64,000 nucleotides of DNA from IMG/VR virus record IMGVR_UViG_3300002092_001784, positions 1 through 64,000 of that record; one strand, 5' to 3'. Below the pieces are notes generated by a model. That model did not search any database, was not told where the DNA came from, and saw only the letters and a program-made list of their open reading frames with translations. Position numbers and translations under genes: made by a program. This DNA is from a virus. Its lineage: Duplodnaviria; Caudoviricetes. Below, one piece after another: positions 1 through 10,053 of this stretch; position 1 is the first letter of the stretch; every line of letters starts with the position of its first letter.

Positions 1-420
1 ACAAGCGGAAGTAGTGGAACTAGCGGAAGCAGTGGAACATCCGCTACCAACGGAACGGCAGGTAGTGGTGGTTCATCGGGAACATCGGCAACCAACGGAA
101 CGGCAGGTAGTGGTGGTTCATCAGGAACATCGGCAACCAACGGAACAGCAGGGAGTGGAGGTTCAAGCGGAACAAGCGGAAGTAGTGGGACAAGTGGAGT
201 GAGTGGAACTCACGGAAGTGCAGGTTCATCAGGAACTTCGGGTTCAAGCGGAAGCAGTGGTACATCTGCTACCAACGGAACAGCAGGTAGCGGTGGTTCA
301 TCAGGAACATCTGGGACTCGTGGAACAGCAGGTAGTGGTGGATCAAGCGGAACTTCTGGAACATCGGGCATATCGGGGAGCTCAGGAACAAGTGGTACTT
401 CAGGTAGTAGTGGAGTATCC
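1..420 (+). repeat. Coding Gly-X-Y (GSS/GTS/ATN/GTA/GSG) collagen-like repeat tract
   Basis: Triplet-register repeats, with a recurring 15-aa unit SGTSATNGTAGSGGS. Confidence 0.9.
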
Positions 421-2799
421 GCCACAGCAACATGGAGTTTAACGACGGGTGGCGTTATAAATCTTGGATTTTTATATAACTACTATGCAGTACATACAAT
501 AGCAGCTCCTAACGCCCATGTTCCTAATAATACAGAATGGGATGCTTTAATTACTTACTTAGGAGGTAGTAGTGTTGCGGGTGGATATGCAAAAGAAGCT
601 ACGACTGATTGGTGGGATAGTCCTAATACAGGCGCTGATAATTCCAGTGGTCTTACTATGAGAGGTTCTGGGCTTAGAGATACGGATGGTACATTTTATC
701 AAAAGAATCAATCAGGAGCATGCTGGTCAACTAATTCTACTGGTGGAAGCCATTATATATATGGTGTAGGTTATAATAGTACTACATTTTACCAAGATGC
801 AGATACCGATAGTATAGGTTATGCAATTCGTCTAATTATTGATACTCCAAATATTGATAATGGTGATGGGACAGGAATCTATATAGGAAATGACCAGAGG
901 CAGTATAAAATTATTAACATCAATGGAGTTTGGTGGCTTGCTGAAAACTTAGCAGAAACCGCTAATGTATACGGTGAAGATATTCCAAATGTAACAGATA
1001 ATACCGATTGGTCTAATAATGGTAGTGCACCTGTTCCGGGTGCGTATTGTGCTTATAATAATATACCAACATTATCAAATGGTACATCATATACAATGGG
1101 TAATGCTGATACATTAGATTTTAGAGATACAACTAATATTCATTGGACTGGTTCAGTTGGTTCTAGTCTTGGGAGTGGTAATACAATCGAAGCAACGTTA
1201 GTTGGTGAACTTTTTAATGTAGCTACAAATAATAATAATCTTGCAGATTATGGCTATTTATATAATTGGTACACAGTTGATTATGGAATAGCAAAATCAA
1301 ATGCTCACGTACCTTCAACATCAGAATGGAATACATTAATAACTTATTTAGGAGGTAATACCGTTGCTGGCGGTCATCTTAAAGAAACAGGATTCACTTA
1401 TTGGGACTCTCCAAATACAGGAGCTAGTAATGATGTTGGATTTAATTTAAGAGGTGGTGGTATACGATATGCAGGATATACAAACTTTTCTGAATTGAAA
1501 ACTTCAGCATATCTGTGGACATCCGACGGAGGAACTGGTAGTGCTAATATTGCAGGGGGTAATTATTCAAGTGCAGGATTTAATGCAGGAACTGGAGAAA
1601 GTAGTCTAAAATCGGGGTTATCAATCAGATTAATAATAGATACCCCTGATACTAACAATGGAGATGGTACGGGAACATATGTAGGTAATGATGGTAAAAT
1701 TTATCCTATTGTATACATTAATACTCAATGGTGGTTGGCAGAAAATCTTGCAGAAACATTATATTATGATTTAACTCCAATTCCAACAGTAGTTAATAAT
1801 GCAGATTGGGTAGCATTAACAACAGGTGCTAAATCTATATATGAAATATCGGAGCCAATTAAAGTAGATAACAGTATTCATTTTGTAAATAACAATAGTA
1901 TATCTTGGAAAACTACAACCAGTACATTAGAAACTGACGATGTTTATGTGGAGGCTATTATAGATTTATCCTATACAACTTCGGGTACGAGTGGAACTTC
2001 GGGTACGAGTGGAACTTCGGGTACGAGTGGTAAGTCTGGAACAAGCGGAAGTAGTGGAACATCAGGAACATCGGGTTCTAGCGGAACAAGCGGAAGCAGT
2101 GGAACAAATGCGTTTGGACCAGTAAATGTAACCCAAGCATCGCATGGATTTAGTGTAGGCGATGCAATAAAATATAGTTCAAGTCTTTGGGTGAAAACTC
2201 TAGCCACTAGTGCATCTTTGGCAGGAACGTTAGGTGTAGTATCTAGTATATCAAGCTCTAACGATTTTTCGTATATGTACACTGGATTACTTGCTACCGG
2301 TTCTTGGGTGAGTGGTAGTGATTACTTTTTAAGTAATGCGGTGGCAGGAAAAATAATAACAGAACCTAGTTATGTATTTGGACAAGTACGTGAATATATA
2401 GGTACGGCAACTCCAAATGGATTACTGATCAATATTGATGTTGGTGAACAAATACAACCTGTTAGTACGGGTGGTATTTATGCGGCAAATATTGTTACCG
2501 CGCCAACGAGTGGTACATTAACATTATATTATGCAACCGAAACTTACATTGGTACGTTAACAAACAGTAATACATTTACTGTTGCATTACCATCACCAGT
2601 AACTGGAACTGTTAATGAATCCATATTAGTATTCAAAATTGGTGCTAGTTTACCAACCATAACACAACCATCGGGAATAGTATGGAGAGGATCAACACCA
2701 ATATTAGCAATAAATACAAGTTGGACAATCGTATATGAACAAGTAAATACAACTGGTTCAACATATGAAATTTGGGCAACCGCAGTTAAAAACGTATAA
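1..2799 (+). CDS. Tail-fibre/adhesin-like protein, 5'-truncated by the window: Ser/Thr collagen-like repeats, two FISUMP (Fib_succ_major)-like domains, C-terminal beta-rich domains
   Basis: Frame 1 is open from base 1 (TSGSSGTSGSS...) through the listed 199..2799 ORF. Contains (G-X-Y)n S/T repeats and the motifs G(F/Y)LYN(Y/W)Y, VAGG.(A/L)KE, W.SPNTGA.N, WWLAENL. Confidence 0.8.
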   Translation, partial: TSGSSGTSGSSGTSATNGTAGSGGSSGTSATNGTAGSGGSSGTSATNGTAGSGGSSGTSGSSGTSGVSGTHGSAGSSGTSGSSGSSGTSATNGTAGSGGSSGTSGTRGTAGSGGSSGTSGTSGISGSSGTSGTSGSSGVSATATWSLTTGGVINLGFLYNYYAVHTIAAPNAHVPNNTEWDALITYLGGSSVAGGYAKEATTDWWDSPNTGADNSSGLTMRGSGLRDTDGTFYQKNQSGACWSTNSTGGSHYIYGVGYNSTTFYQDADTDSIGYAIRLIIDTPNIDNGDGTGIYIGNDQRQYKIININGVWWLAENLAETANVYGEDIPNVTDNTDWSNNGSAPVPGAYCAYNNIPTLSNGTSYTMGNADTLDFRDTTNIHWTGSVGSSLGSGNTIEATLVGELFNVATNNNNLADYGYLYNWYTVDYGIAKSNAHVPSTSEWNTLITYLGGNTVAGGHLKETGFTYWDSPNTGASNDVGFNLRGGGIRYAGYTNFSELKTSAYLWTSDGGTGSANIAGGNYSSAGFNAGTGESSLKSGLSIRLIIDTPDTNNGDGTGTYVGNDGKIYPIVYINTQWWLAENLAETLYYDLTPIPTVVNNADWVALTTGAKSIYEISEPIKVDNSIHFVNNNSISWKTTTSTLETDDVYVEAIIDLSYTTSGTSGTSGTSGTSGTSGKSGTSGSSGTSGTSGSSGTSGSSGTNAFGPVNVTQASHGFSVGDAIKYSSSLWVKTLATSASLAGTLGVVSSISSSNDFSYMYTGLLATGSWVSGSDYFLSNAVAGKIITEPSYVFGQVREYIGTATPNGLLINIDVGEQIQPVSTGGIYAANIVTAPTSGTLTLYYATETYIGTLTNSNTFTVALPSPVTGTVNESILVFKIGASLPTITQPSGIVWRGSTPILAINTSWTIVYEQVNTTGSTYEIWATAVKNV
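1975..2103 (+). repeat. Coding GTS/GSS collagen-like repeat tract
   Basis: tcgggtacgagtggaact is repeated in tandem. Confidence 0.9.
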
Positions 2800-2801
2800 T
2801 T

Positions 2802-3815
2802 ATGGCATATTATGGAACAAAAATATTAGCAGGGCAGGTTAATTCAAGGACAAGAACGGTTGCTATACCCGCAACTACTGCGCCTGTAACATATATTGGC
2901 ATAAACTTGGATGATTCATTAAATACAACAGGTGCAACAATAAGTGCCGTTAATTTTAATGGTGTTAAAACATTGTGTATTGCAAAAAATAATCCATTAT
3001 GCATGATTGGTTGTATTAATACTGCAAGTACTGATGATGTTGGTGTTTATTCAAGAGATGGTGGCCAAACATGGACAGCAGTTCCATACACTTCATCTTA
3101 TGTATTTGGAGCAGCAATATCGGATGATGGTTCAGCAATGTTTATCATACGAAGTTACTATCTCTACGCAATTTATTATACTTATGATGGTGGATCAACG
3201 TGGAGTTCAAAAACAACAGGATTCGTAGCATTTCAACCAAATTATAGAGGTCCTGCGATTAATTCAACCGCATCATATGTTTTCCTTGTGAATTATGCTT
3301 CGGTAGCAGGAGCAGTAGGAGCGTATTCTACAAATAGTTGTGCAAGTTGGACAGAAATATCACTTCCTTGGTTAAGTGTTTCTACTTGTATGCCATCTGA
3401 TGGGAGTGTTGTTTGGATAGGAAAATATACGGCTGCTGGTGAGTTGCCTGTAAATGTGGCATATTCAACTAATTTTGGTTCTAGTTGGACTACGGTTGTT
3501 GTTGGAACGGGTACAACTAATACTGCTATAAATATTATTAGATGTTCATCAAATGGTGCTATTTTAATTGTTGCCGCAACTAGTGGGGATAATTATGTAA
3601 GTACCAATGCAGGTGTTAATTGGAGTAAAGCCACAGCAACTCCCGAAGCAGTCGATATTAATACCTTATCTATATCATCCGATGGGTCTAAAATTACATT
3701 CGCATCATCGGCAACAAACGGAAGATATTTTGTTAGTTCGGATTATGGAAGTAGCTGGGTTACACATAATTTCTCAGGCGTATCATTCAAATTTGGTGCA
3801 TTGGCTATACAATAA
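2802..3815 (+). CDS. Asp-box/BNR-repeat beta-propeller protein (putative receptor-binding or fibre-associated)
   Basis: Six S/T-x-(D/N)-x-G-x-(T/S/N)-W-like boxes: YSRDGGQTW, YTYDGGSTW, YSTNSCASW, YSTNFGSSW, VSTNAGVNW, VSSDYGSSW. Confidence 0.75.
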   Translation: MAYYGTKILAGQVNSRTRTVAIPATTAPVTYIGINLDDSLNTTGATISAVNFNGVKTLCIAKNNPLCMIGCINTASTDDVGVYSRDGGQTWTAVPYTSSYVFGAAISDDGSAMFIIRSYYLYAIYYTYDGGSTWSSKTTGFVAFQPNYRGPAINSTASYVFLVNYASVAGAVGAYSTNSCASWTEISLPWLSVSTCMPSDGSVVWIGKYTAAGELPVNVAYSTNFGSSWTTVVVGTGTTNTAINIIRCSSNGAILIVAATSGDNYVSTNAGVNWSKATATPEAVDINTLSISSDGSKITFASSATNGRYFVSSDYGSSWVTHNFSGVSFKFGALAIQ

Positions 3816-3831
3816 AATAAAATAAAAATAT

Positions 3832-4254
3832 ATGAATTATAATTTAGGAAAACTTATAAATGGAAATTTAATTTATTTCCAGCAACCTTCGGAAATACTT
3901 GGAGATGCGACTCAATATGCATTAGATAATGGATATAAAGAAGTAATAACAATTGATGGGAATGGTACAATGTATGAAACTGATAATTCTATCATTATTG
4001 AGAGATTACCAGTTATAAATGTACAACAAACATTTTCCAAATTAGAATTTATAAATCGATTTACCGATACGGAATTAGTAAATATTTATACTGCCTCAAA
4101 AACCATCATTGAAATCGAAATTTGGTTAGATAAATTCAAATTAGCAGAATATATTGATATTACTAGTCCAACAACAGTTTCTGGATTACAATCGTTAGAA
4201 TCCAACGGTCTGATTGGTGAAGGTAGGGCTAATCAAATTATAAATGGTAATTAA
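3832..4254 (+). CDS. Hypothetical fibre-associated protein (possible fibre assembly factor)
   Basis: Clean ORF between fibre genes. The C-terminal LEFINRFTD.E...G.IGEGRANQI pattern resembles small phage tail-associated proteins. Confidence 0.5.
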   Translation: MNYNLGKLINGNLIYFQQPSEILGDATQYALDNGYKEVITIDGNGTMYETDNSIIIERLPVINVQQTFSKLEFINRFTDTELVNIYTASKTIIEIEIWLDKFKLAEYIDITSPTTVSGLQSLESNGLIGEGRANQIINGN

Positions 4255-4303
4255 CTATTTTATAATATTTATATAAGAACTTAATGTATTTTTTCAATAT
4301 AGC

Positions 4304-6430
4304 ATGAGTAGAGCTAACAGTAGTGTAATAGTCATATCGCAAGGCACATCTGGTAGTGGTGGATCGAGCGGAAGCAGTGGTACATCAGCAACCAACGGAA
4401 CAGCAGGTAGTGGTGGTTCATCGGGAACTTCTGGTTCAAGCGGAAGTAGTGGTACTAGCGGAACGCGTGGAACGGCGGGTAGCAGTGGAACATCAGGTTC
4501 ATCGGGAACGTCGGGATCATCCGGAACTTCAGGTTCAAGCGGAACTAGCGGAAGTAGTGGTACATCGGCAACTAACGGAACAGCAGGTAGCGGTGGTTCA
4601 TCCGGAACATCTGCTACCAATGGAACAGCAGGTAGTGGTGGTTCGAGTGGAACAAGCGGAAGCAGTGGTACATCGGCAACCAACGGAACAGCAGGTAGTG
4701 GCGGTTCAAGTGGAACGTCAGGTTCTAGCGGAAGTAGTGGAACTAGCGGAAGTAGCGGTACATCTGCTACCAATGGAACAGCAGGTAGTGGAGGTTCGAG
4801 CGGAACAAGTGGAAGTAGTGGTTCATCGGGAACTTCTGGCTCAAGTGGAACATCGGGCTTATTAACTCTTACTGGAACTACCGATGGAGGTATCATTACG
4901 TTAAATGGTACGGCTCCTAACGCATCGGTCGAAAGTAATCTTACATTTGATGGAAGTAATCTACGTGTAACGGGTTCCGTATATGTAAGTTCATCTACCA
5001 CAACTTTGGGACAGTTTGCTGGCAATCAAAATGGATATGTAGAGTTTTCAGTAAGAAACACAAATAATGGAGTATCCGCATCTGGTGATATTGCAATTTA
5101 TGCTGATACCGGTACTGTATTGACTAACTATATCGATATGGGTATCAATAACTCAGGTTTAGATAGTAGTTATTTTTACGGAGGTACTGATTTCGGAAAT
5201 GCTTTAGACTCTTACTTATATAACGTAGGTGGGAATCTACGAATTGGAAACGCTACATCAACAGCCCCATATTCTCAATCCTTATACTTATTTTCAAATC
5301 CATCTGCTACTCCCGATATTACAATAACCGGTAGTAAGGTAGGTATTCGAAATACTACTCCAAACTATACATTGGATGTAACTGGTAACGGAAACTTTAC
5401 AAACGGACTTTCGGTAACTGGAAGTGTCGTTTTAACAGGATCATTAATATTACCAACTTCTGCCCAAAATCCACCGAATGGAAATACTGGCAGTATTTAC
5501 TACAATAGCACTGATACAAATATCTACCGATACAACGGAACAAATTGGGTATCGGGAGCAGGAAGTTCTGGAACTTCGGGTTCAAGTGGAAGTAGTGGTA
5601 CATCGGGTTCATCGGGAACTTCGGGTTCAAGCGGAAGCAGTGGTACATCTGCTACCAACGGAACAGCCGGTAGTGGTGGTTCAAGCGGAAGTAGTGGTAC
5701 TAGCGGAACGCGTGGAACGGCAGGTAGTAGTGGTTCATCAGGAACATCAGGTTCATCAGGTTCATCAGGAACATCGGGTACATCTACTTTAACCGTAGGT
5801 ACTACTGCAATTGCTTCGGGTGCAACAACAAATATTTTATATGATAATGGTGGTGTATTGGGAGAGTATGCAGCCGTTCCTAATACAAAATTACCTAACG
5901 GTATTATTAATATGAATACGTCAGCTCAATCTCAATTAGTTGTATCGGGTACATCGTATTATATTACAAACTCAAATTTGAACTTACCAAATCCACTACA
6001 AGGTGGTATGGTGGTTGGTACTAGATTTATTTGGAGAGTATGGCTATCTAAAGATGCGGCTGGTACTGGTACGTTTCAAATAAAAATATATCGTGGAACT
6101 ATTGGTAGTACATCGGATACAGCAGATGTTACACAAACAATAGGAACACAAACTGCGGTTGTGGATCATATGGTTGTGGATGTTACATTAATAGTCACAA
6201 CGACAGGAGCTACAGGAGCGTATTATTGGTCTATATGCGCAGTACATGCTGCCGCGAGTGCTGCTGGATTTGGTCTTGCTACTGGTAGTACTGCGTTATT
6301 TAGTGGTACGGTATCAAGTGTGGCATTAAATACCGCTTCTTTGAAATTCGGTCTTGGATTTGTAGCCACTACTGGTACTCCTACTATTGGTATTCCACAA
6401 GTACAGGCGCAAGCATTAAACATTAGTTAA
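4304..6430 (+). CDS. Second Ser/Thr collagen-like fibre protein
   Basis: 708 aa with two G-X-Y tracts, fibre-type beta repeats (VGIRNTTPNYTLDVTG) and a C-terminal globular region. Confidence 0.8.
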   Translation: MSRANSSVIVISQGTSGSGGSSGSSGTSATNGTAGSGGSSGTSGSSGSSGTSGTRGTAGSSGTSGSSGTSGSSGTSGSSGTSGSSGTSATNGTAGSGGSSGTSATNGTAGSGGSSGTSGSSGTSATNGTAGSGGSSGTSGSSGSSGTSGSSGTSATNGTAGSGGSSGTSGSSGSSGTSGSSGTSGLLTLTGTTDGGIITLNGTAPNASVESNLTFDGSNLRVTGSVYVSSSTTTLGQFAGNQNGYVEFSVRNTNNGVSASGDIAIYADTGTVLTNYIDMGINNSGLDSSYFYGGTDFGNALDSYLYNVGGNLRIGNATSTAPYSQSLYLFSNPSATPDITITGSKVGIRNTTPNYTLDVTGNGNFTNGLSVTGSVVLTGSLILPTSAQNPPNGNTGSIYYNSTDTNIYRYNGTNWVSGAGSSGTSGSSGSSGTSGSSGTSGSSGSSGTSATNGTAGSGGSSGSSGTSGTRGTAGSSGSSGTSGSSGSSGTSGTSTLTVGTTAIASGATTNILYDNGGVLGEYAAVPNTKLPNGIINMNTSAQSQLVVSGTSYYITNSNLNLPNPLQGGMVVGTRFIWRVWLSKDAAGTGTFQIKIYRGTIGSTSDTADVTQTIGTQTAVVDHMVVDVTLIVTTTGATGAYYWSICAVHAAASAAGFGLATGSTALFSGTVSSVALNTASLKFGLGFVATTGTPTIGIPQVQAQALNIS
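4340..4857 (+). repeat. Coding collagen-like repeat tract (a second tract lies at about 5555-5785)
   Basis: The same 45-nt SGTSATNGTAGSGGS unit occurs as in the first fibre gene. Confidence 0.9.
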
Positions 6431-6482
6431 TTAAAAAAATAAATATTTTTTTATACCGCTACCATTGTATAGAAAATTAAAG

Positions 6483-6510
6483 AAATAGGTGAGTTTTCAC
6501 CTATTTTTTT
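6483..6510 (+). terminator. Intrinsic terminator
   Basis: AAATAGGTGA-GTTT-TCACCTATTT followed by a T run. Confidence 0.85.
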
Positions 6511-6556
6511 TGTGTTTTGGTGATGATGTATATATTTATATATAAAAACATTATAT

Positions 6557-8488
6557 ATGAAAATAGTTACAAAACCTTGGGGTCGTGAAGAATGGCTCGA
6601 ACTTAATGACCGTTATTGCTACAAACGAATTTATATCAATGCCGGTTATAAAACTTCCTATCAATATCATAATTTTAAGAGAGAAACCAATTACATTATA
6701 TCCGGCGAAGCTGAAATATGGTTGGAAAACGATGAAGGCGTTGTTGAAAAGAAAATAATGAGAAGTGGGGAATATTTTAATGTTTCGCCACCAAAAAAGC
6801 ACAGAGTAATCGCTCTTACCGATATAATTTTACAGGAAGTATCCACACCAGAGGTGGATGACGTGATTCGTATCGAAGATGATACCCAACGATTGGATGG
6901 GAAGATAGAAAATGAGCACAAAACGCCGGCCGTATTGATAGTTGCTGCTGGATTGGGTAATCGTTTGGGTGATTTAACCAAATCAATCAATAAAGCTTTA
7001 TTACCTATTGCCAATAAGGCCATAATTTCTCATATTATTGATAAATTTCCAAAAGAATATGATTTTGTAGTTGCGGTTGGATATAAAGGTGAAGCAGTTA
7101 GAGAATATTGCCAACTTTCGCATCCAAATCATAAATTTACATTCGTAGAAATAGATAATATTGATGGTATTGGTTCTGGGCCGGGATATTCGGCATTGCA
7201 ATGTAAGGAACATTTACAACGACCGTTCTATATTACAACATGCGATTGTTTAATTACATCAGAACTACCTTATTTGGCAGGAAATTGGTTAGGTGTATAT
7301 CCAACATCATATCCCGAAAAATATTCAACTGTAAAGGTTGATAAAGATAAAAATGTAATTCAGTTTACCAATAAGAATATAAATGGATTTGATTTGGCTT
7401 TTGTTGGGTTGGCCGGTATATCTGATTATGAAACATTTTGGGCAATATTAGAAAATAATGGTTCTGATGGTGAATTGGTATCCGCATTTATGCAACCATA
7501 TGGGTATTTACCAAATATGAAAGTAAAAGAAGTAAAATGGCTAGATACTGGTAATTTGGATGATTTATCGGTGGCTAAGGCTCATTTTCAAGACAAACCG
7601 TTATCGTTACAAAAAGATAGTAATGAAATCACATATAAAGATGGTAATCGGTTTATAAAATTCTGTCCTGATTTTAATATTTTGAGAAATAGAATAGAAA
7701 GGGCACACTTTCTTAAAAATTTGATTCCAAAGGGTATTACACATACAGATAATTTTATATCATATAATTGGGAAGCGGGTACTACATTATATGAATTAAA
7801 TTCATATGAATTATATACTAAATTTTTAGATAGGTTACATAAAATTATAACTAAAGAATCGACATATCAACACGCAGATTTTGAATATCTTAAATACTTT
7901 TACATTGATAAAACTGATAGTCGTATAAAGTTATTTGTTGATAAATATGGTGACAGGTATATGAAAGATTCGCATAATATTTGTGGAACTGTTTATGAAT
8001 CAATGGATTTATTATTATCTAAAATAGATTATAGTGTTTTATCTAAAACATATTTTTATAGTTTATTTCATGGAGACCTTCAGTTTGATAATATTATATA
8101 TGATGTAAAAACTGATAAATTTACTTATATAGATTGGAGAGAATCATTTGCAGGAAATACTGATGCTGGTGATGTTTATTATGATTTGGCTAAACTATAC
8201 GGTGGAACTATTTTTGCCTATAATGAAATGAAGGATGAAACTAATATTCATTTTGTTGAAGGTTCATATGTTATAGAATACCAATATAACCCAAGTCCAA
8301 AATTAGTAGAATTTAGAAACTTTTATGAAAAATGGATAGTTGATAACGGGTTTGATTTAGATAGGGTAAAATTGATAACTGCACTGATTTATATCAATAT
8401 GTCGCCATTGCATGATGAAAAATTCGGAAAGATGTTATGGTTCAAAGCAATAGAAATGTTAACACAATATATAGATGGAAATAAATAA
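6557..8488 (+). CDS. Three-domain fusion: cupin sugar isomerase + nucleotidyltransferase + APH/choline-kinase-like phosphotransferase
   Basis: Cupin KPWG...YQYH..K.ET...H; NTP-transferase AAGLGNRL..LTKSINKALLP; kinase FHGDLQFDNI...IDWRE...YYDLAKL. Confidence 0.85.
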   Translation: MKIVTKPWGREEWLELNDRYCYKRIYINAGYKTSYQYHNFKRETNYIISGEAEIWLENDEGVVEKKIMRSGEYFNVSPPKKHRVIALTDIILQEVSTPEVDDVIRIEDDTQRLDGKIENEHKTPAVLIVAAGLGNRLGDLTKSINKALLPIANKAIISHIIDKFPKEYDFVVAVGYKGEAVREYCQLSHPNHKFTFVEIDNIDGIGSGPGYSALQCKEHLQRPFYITTCDCLITSELPYLAGNWLGVYPTSYPEKYSTVKVDKDKNVIQFTNKNINGFDLAFVGLAGISDYETFWAILENNGSDGELVSAFMQPYGYLPNMKVKEVKWLDTGNLDDLSVAKAHFQDKPLSLQKDSNEITYKDGNRFIKFCPDFNILRNRIERAHFLKNLIPKGITHTDNFISYNWEAGTTLYELNSYELYTKFLDRLHKIITKESTYQHADFEYLKYFYIDKTDSRIKLFVDKYGDRYMKDSHNICGTVYESMDLLLSKIDYSVLSKTYFYSLFHGDLQFDNIIYDVKTDKFTYIDWRESFAGNTDAGDVYYDLAKLYGGTIFAYNEMKDETNIHFVEGSYVIEYQYNPSPKLVEFRNFYEKWIVDNGFDLDRVKLITALIYINMSPLHDEKFGKMLWFKAIEMLTQYIDGNK

Positions 8489-9092
8489 AGATACACAAAT
8501 TTACGGTTCATTTTCAACTACACCCGGCAACAATGGGTGTATGTTTTTTAATTCAGCCTTTCAGAAGTATGGAATCAATGCTATCTATAAATCATTTTAT
8601 GGTGATAATGCTGAAAAGGTTGTAAACGCAGCCAAAACATTGGGATTTGGTGGATTTGCATTAAGTATGCCACTAAAGATAGAAGTAATGCAGTATTTAG
8701 ATGAAATTGATACTGCTGTACAACAAATTGGAGCAGTGAATACTGTTATACATCACAATGGTTTATTACTGGGATATAATACTGATTGGATTGGAGTACG
8801 TGATTATTTTATGGATGCTATTGATAACTTAACAATTTTAGGAAATGGTGGTTTCAGTAAAGCCGTACAATATGCTTGTATTACTAAAGGTATACCATTT
8901 ACGGTTATAACAAGAAAAGATTGGGCATTGGTATATGATTTAGATGGTTATGTATTTAATGCAACGCCTATTGATATAGTAACCAAAGGAATGTTAATAG
9001 ATGGTAGACCATTTACAGAACAGGGTAAAATTATAGCTAATTTACAAGCTAAAGCACAATTCAAACTTTATACTGGATTCGATTATGAGTGA
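8475..9092 (+). CDS. Shikimate-dehydrogenase-like (SdhL-type) NAD(P)-dependent oxidoreductase, shortened
   Basis: INKDTQ N-terminus, SMPLK, GAVNTV, GYNTD and ILGNGGFSKAV motifs. At 205 aa it is shorter than typical family members. Confidence 0.8.
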   Translation: MEINKDTQIYGSFSTTPGNNGCMFFNSAFQKYGINAIYKSFYGDNAEKVVNAAKTLGFGGFALSMPLKIEVMQYLDEIDTAVQQIGAVNTVIHHNGLLLGYNTDWIGVRDYFMDAIDNLTILGNGGFSKAVQYACITKGIPFTVITRKDWALVYDLDGYVFNATPIDIVTKGMLIDGRPFTEQGKIIANLQAKAQFKLYTGFDYE

Positions 9093-10053
9093 TATTAAGT
9101 ATTTTATATGTCCAATGTCTAAAAATGTAGTAGATGCAGTTTTGGAACTAAATTCTGATAAAATAGGATTATTACCAACACGTCGTCAGATTGATTATGA
9201 TGGTGGGTATGTCAATGGTTGGGATACGGAAGGTTTTTATGAATATGTTCGTTCTAATTATAATAATAGTGATATAGTATTAGAACGTGATCATTCTGGA
9301 CCTAATCAAGGAACTGAACCCGATGATGGTAAGACATCGCATAAAGTGGATTCTACTTATTTTGATATTATCCATATAGACCCATGGAAAGTTTATAGTG
9401 AAAAATACAGAGGAACGAATGAAACAATACGAACTATCCAATATTTGTATAAAATGAATCCGTTGTTAAAATTTGAAGTGGGAACTGAACAAGATATTAC
9501 TGCATTTAGCAATGGAGAACTTCATTCATTTTTGGGATATTTACGAAACAATTTGGCTACTAATGAATGGGATGCCATTGAATATGTTGTAATACAGTCA
9601 GGTGTTTCTTTGGATTTAATAAATAAACGAAATAAAGGTGTATTTGACAGTGACAGATTTCAACGAATGATAAATACTACAAATCGATTTGGTAAAAAGG
9701 CAAAAGAGCATAATGGTGATTATTTATCGGAAGAAGATTATCGATATAGATTTTCTCACGGGTTATCAACTATAAACATTGGACCGGAATTTGCTCAGTT
9801 TGAAACTTCTATTTATTTGGATAATATGACAGAAAATGAAATTGATAATTTTTATAGTGTTTGTCTTTTATCAAATAGGTGGAAACGGTGGGTAGCTAAT
9901 GATGTGTTAGAACTTACCAAAATACAACTTATAGAGGTATGCGGACATTATAATTATTTAGAATATGATTATAGATACGGACTACCAAAAATAGATAATA
10001 TTATTAAACAAAAAATAACAGAAAAACTTAAAACATTACTAACGTATGTCTAA
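9085..10053 (+). CDS. GatZ/KbaZ-like TIM-barrel protein (tagatose-phosphate epimerase/aldolase-related)
   Basis: RRQID..GGY, RDH.GP, HIDP, EVGTE, VVIQSG, KEHNGDY and NIGPEF motifs. Confidence 0.75.
   Translation: MSDIKYFICPMSKNVVDAVLELNSDKIGLLPTRRQIDYDGGYVNGWDTEGFYEYVRSNYNNSDIVLERDHSGPNQGTEPDDGKTSHKVDSTYFDIIHIDPWKVYSEKYRGTNETIRTIQYLYKMNPLLKFEVGTEQDITAFSNGELHSFLGYLRNNLATNEWDAIEYVVIQSGVSLDLINKRNKGVFDSDRFQRMINTTNRFGKKAKEHNGDYLSEEDYRYRFSHGLSTINIGPEFAQFETSIYLDNMTENEIDNFYSVCLLSNRWKRWVANDVLELTKIQLIEVCGHYNYLEYDYRYGLPKIDNIIKQKITEKLKTLLTYV

Noticed and set aside
466-1845. Diversity-generating retroelement targeting the FISUMP domains
   Set aside because: No reverse transcriptase and no template/variable repeat pair differing at adenines is visible; the two copies diverge generally. 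A remote DGR cannot be excluded.
4294-5025. Long minus-strand ORF of VPLLPLVPEVPD repeats (also 210..425 and 1971..2282) and alternate-frame ORFs 14..202, 203..442, 4356..4865
   Set aside because: These are shadows of the Gly/Ser/Thr repeat codons, which lack stops in other frames; there are no independent signals.
8475-9092. Aromatic amino-acid (shikimate pathway) auxiliary gene
   Set aside because: The N-terminus is SdhL-type rather than AroE-type, no other aro genes are present, and the context is sugar-nucleotide metabolism.
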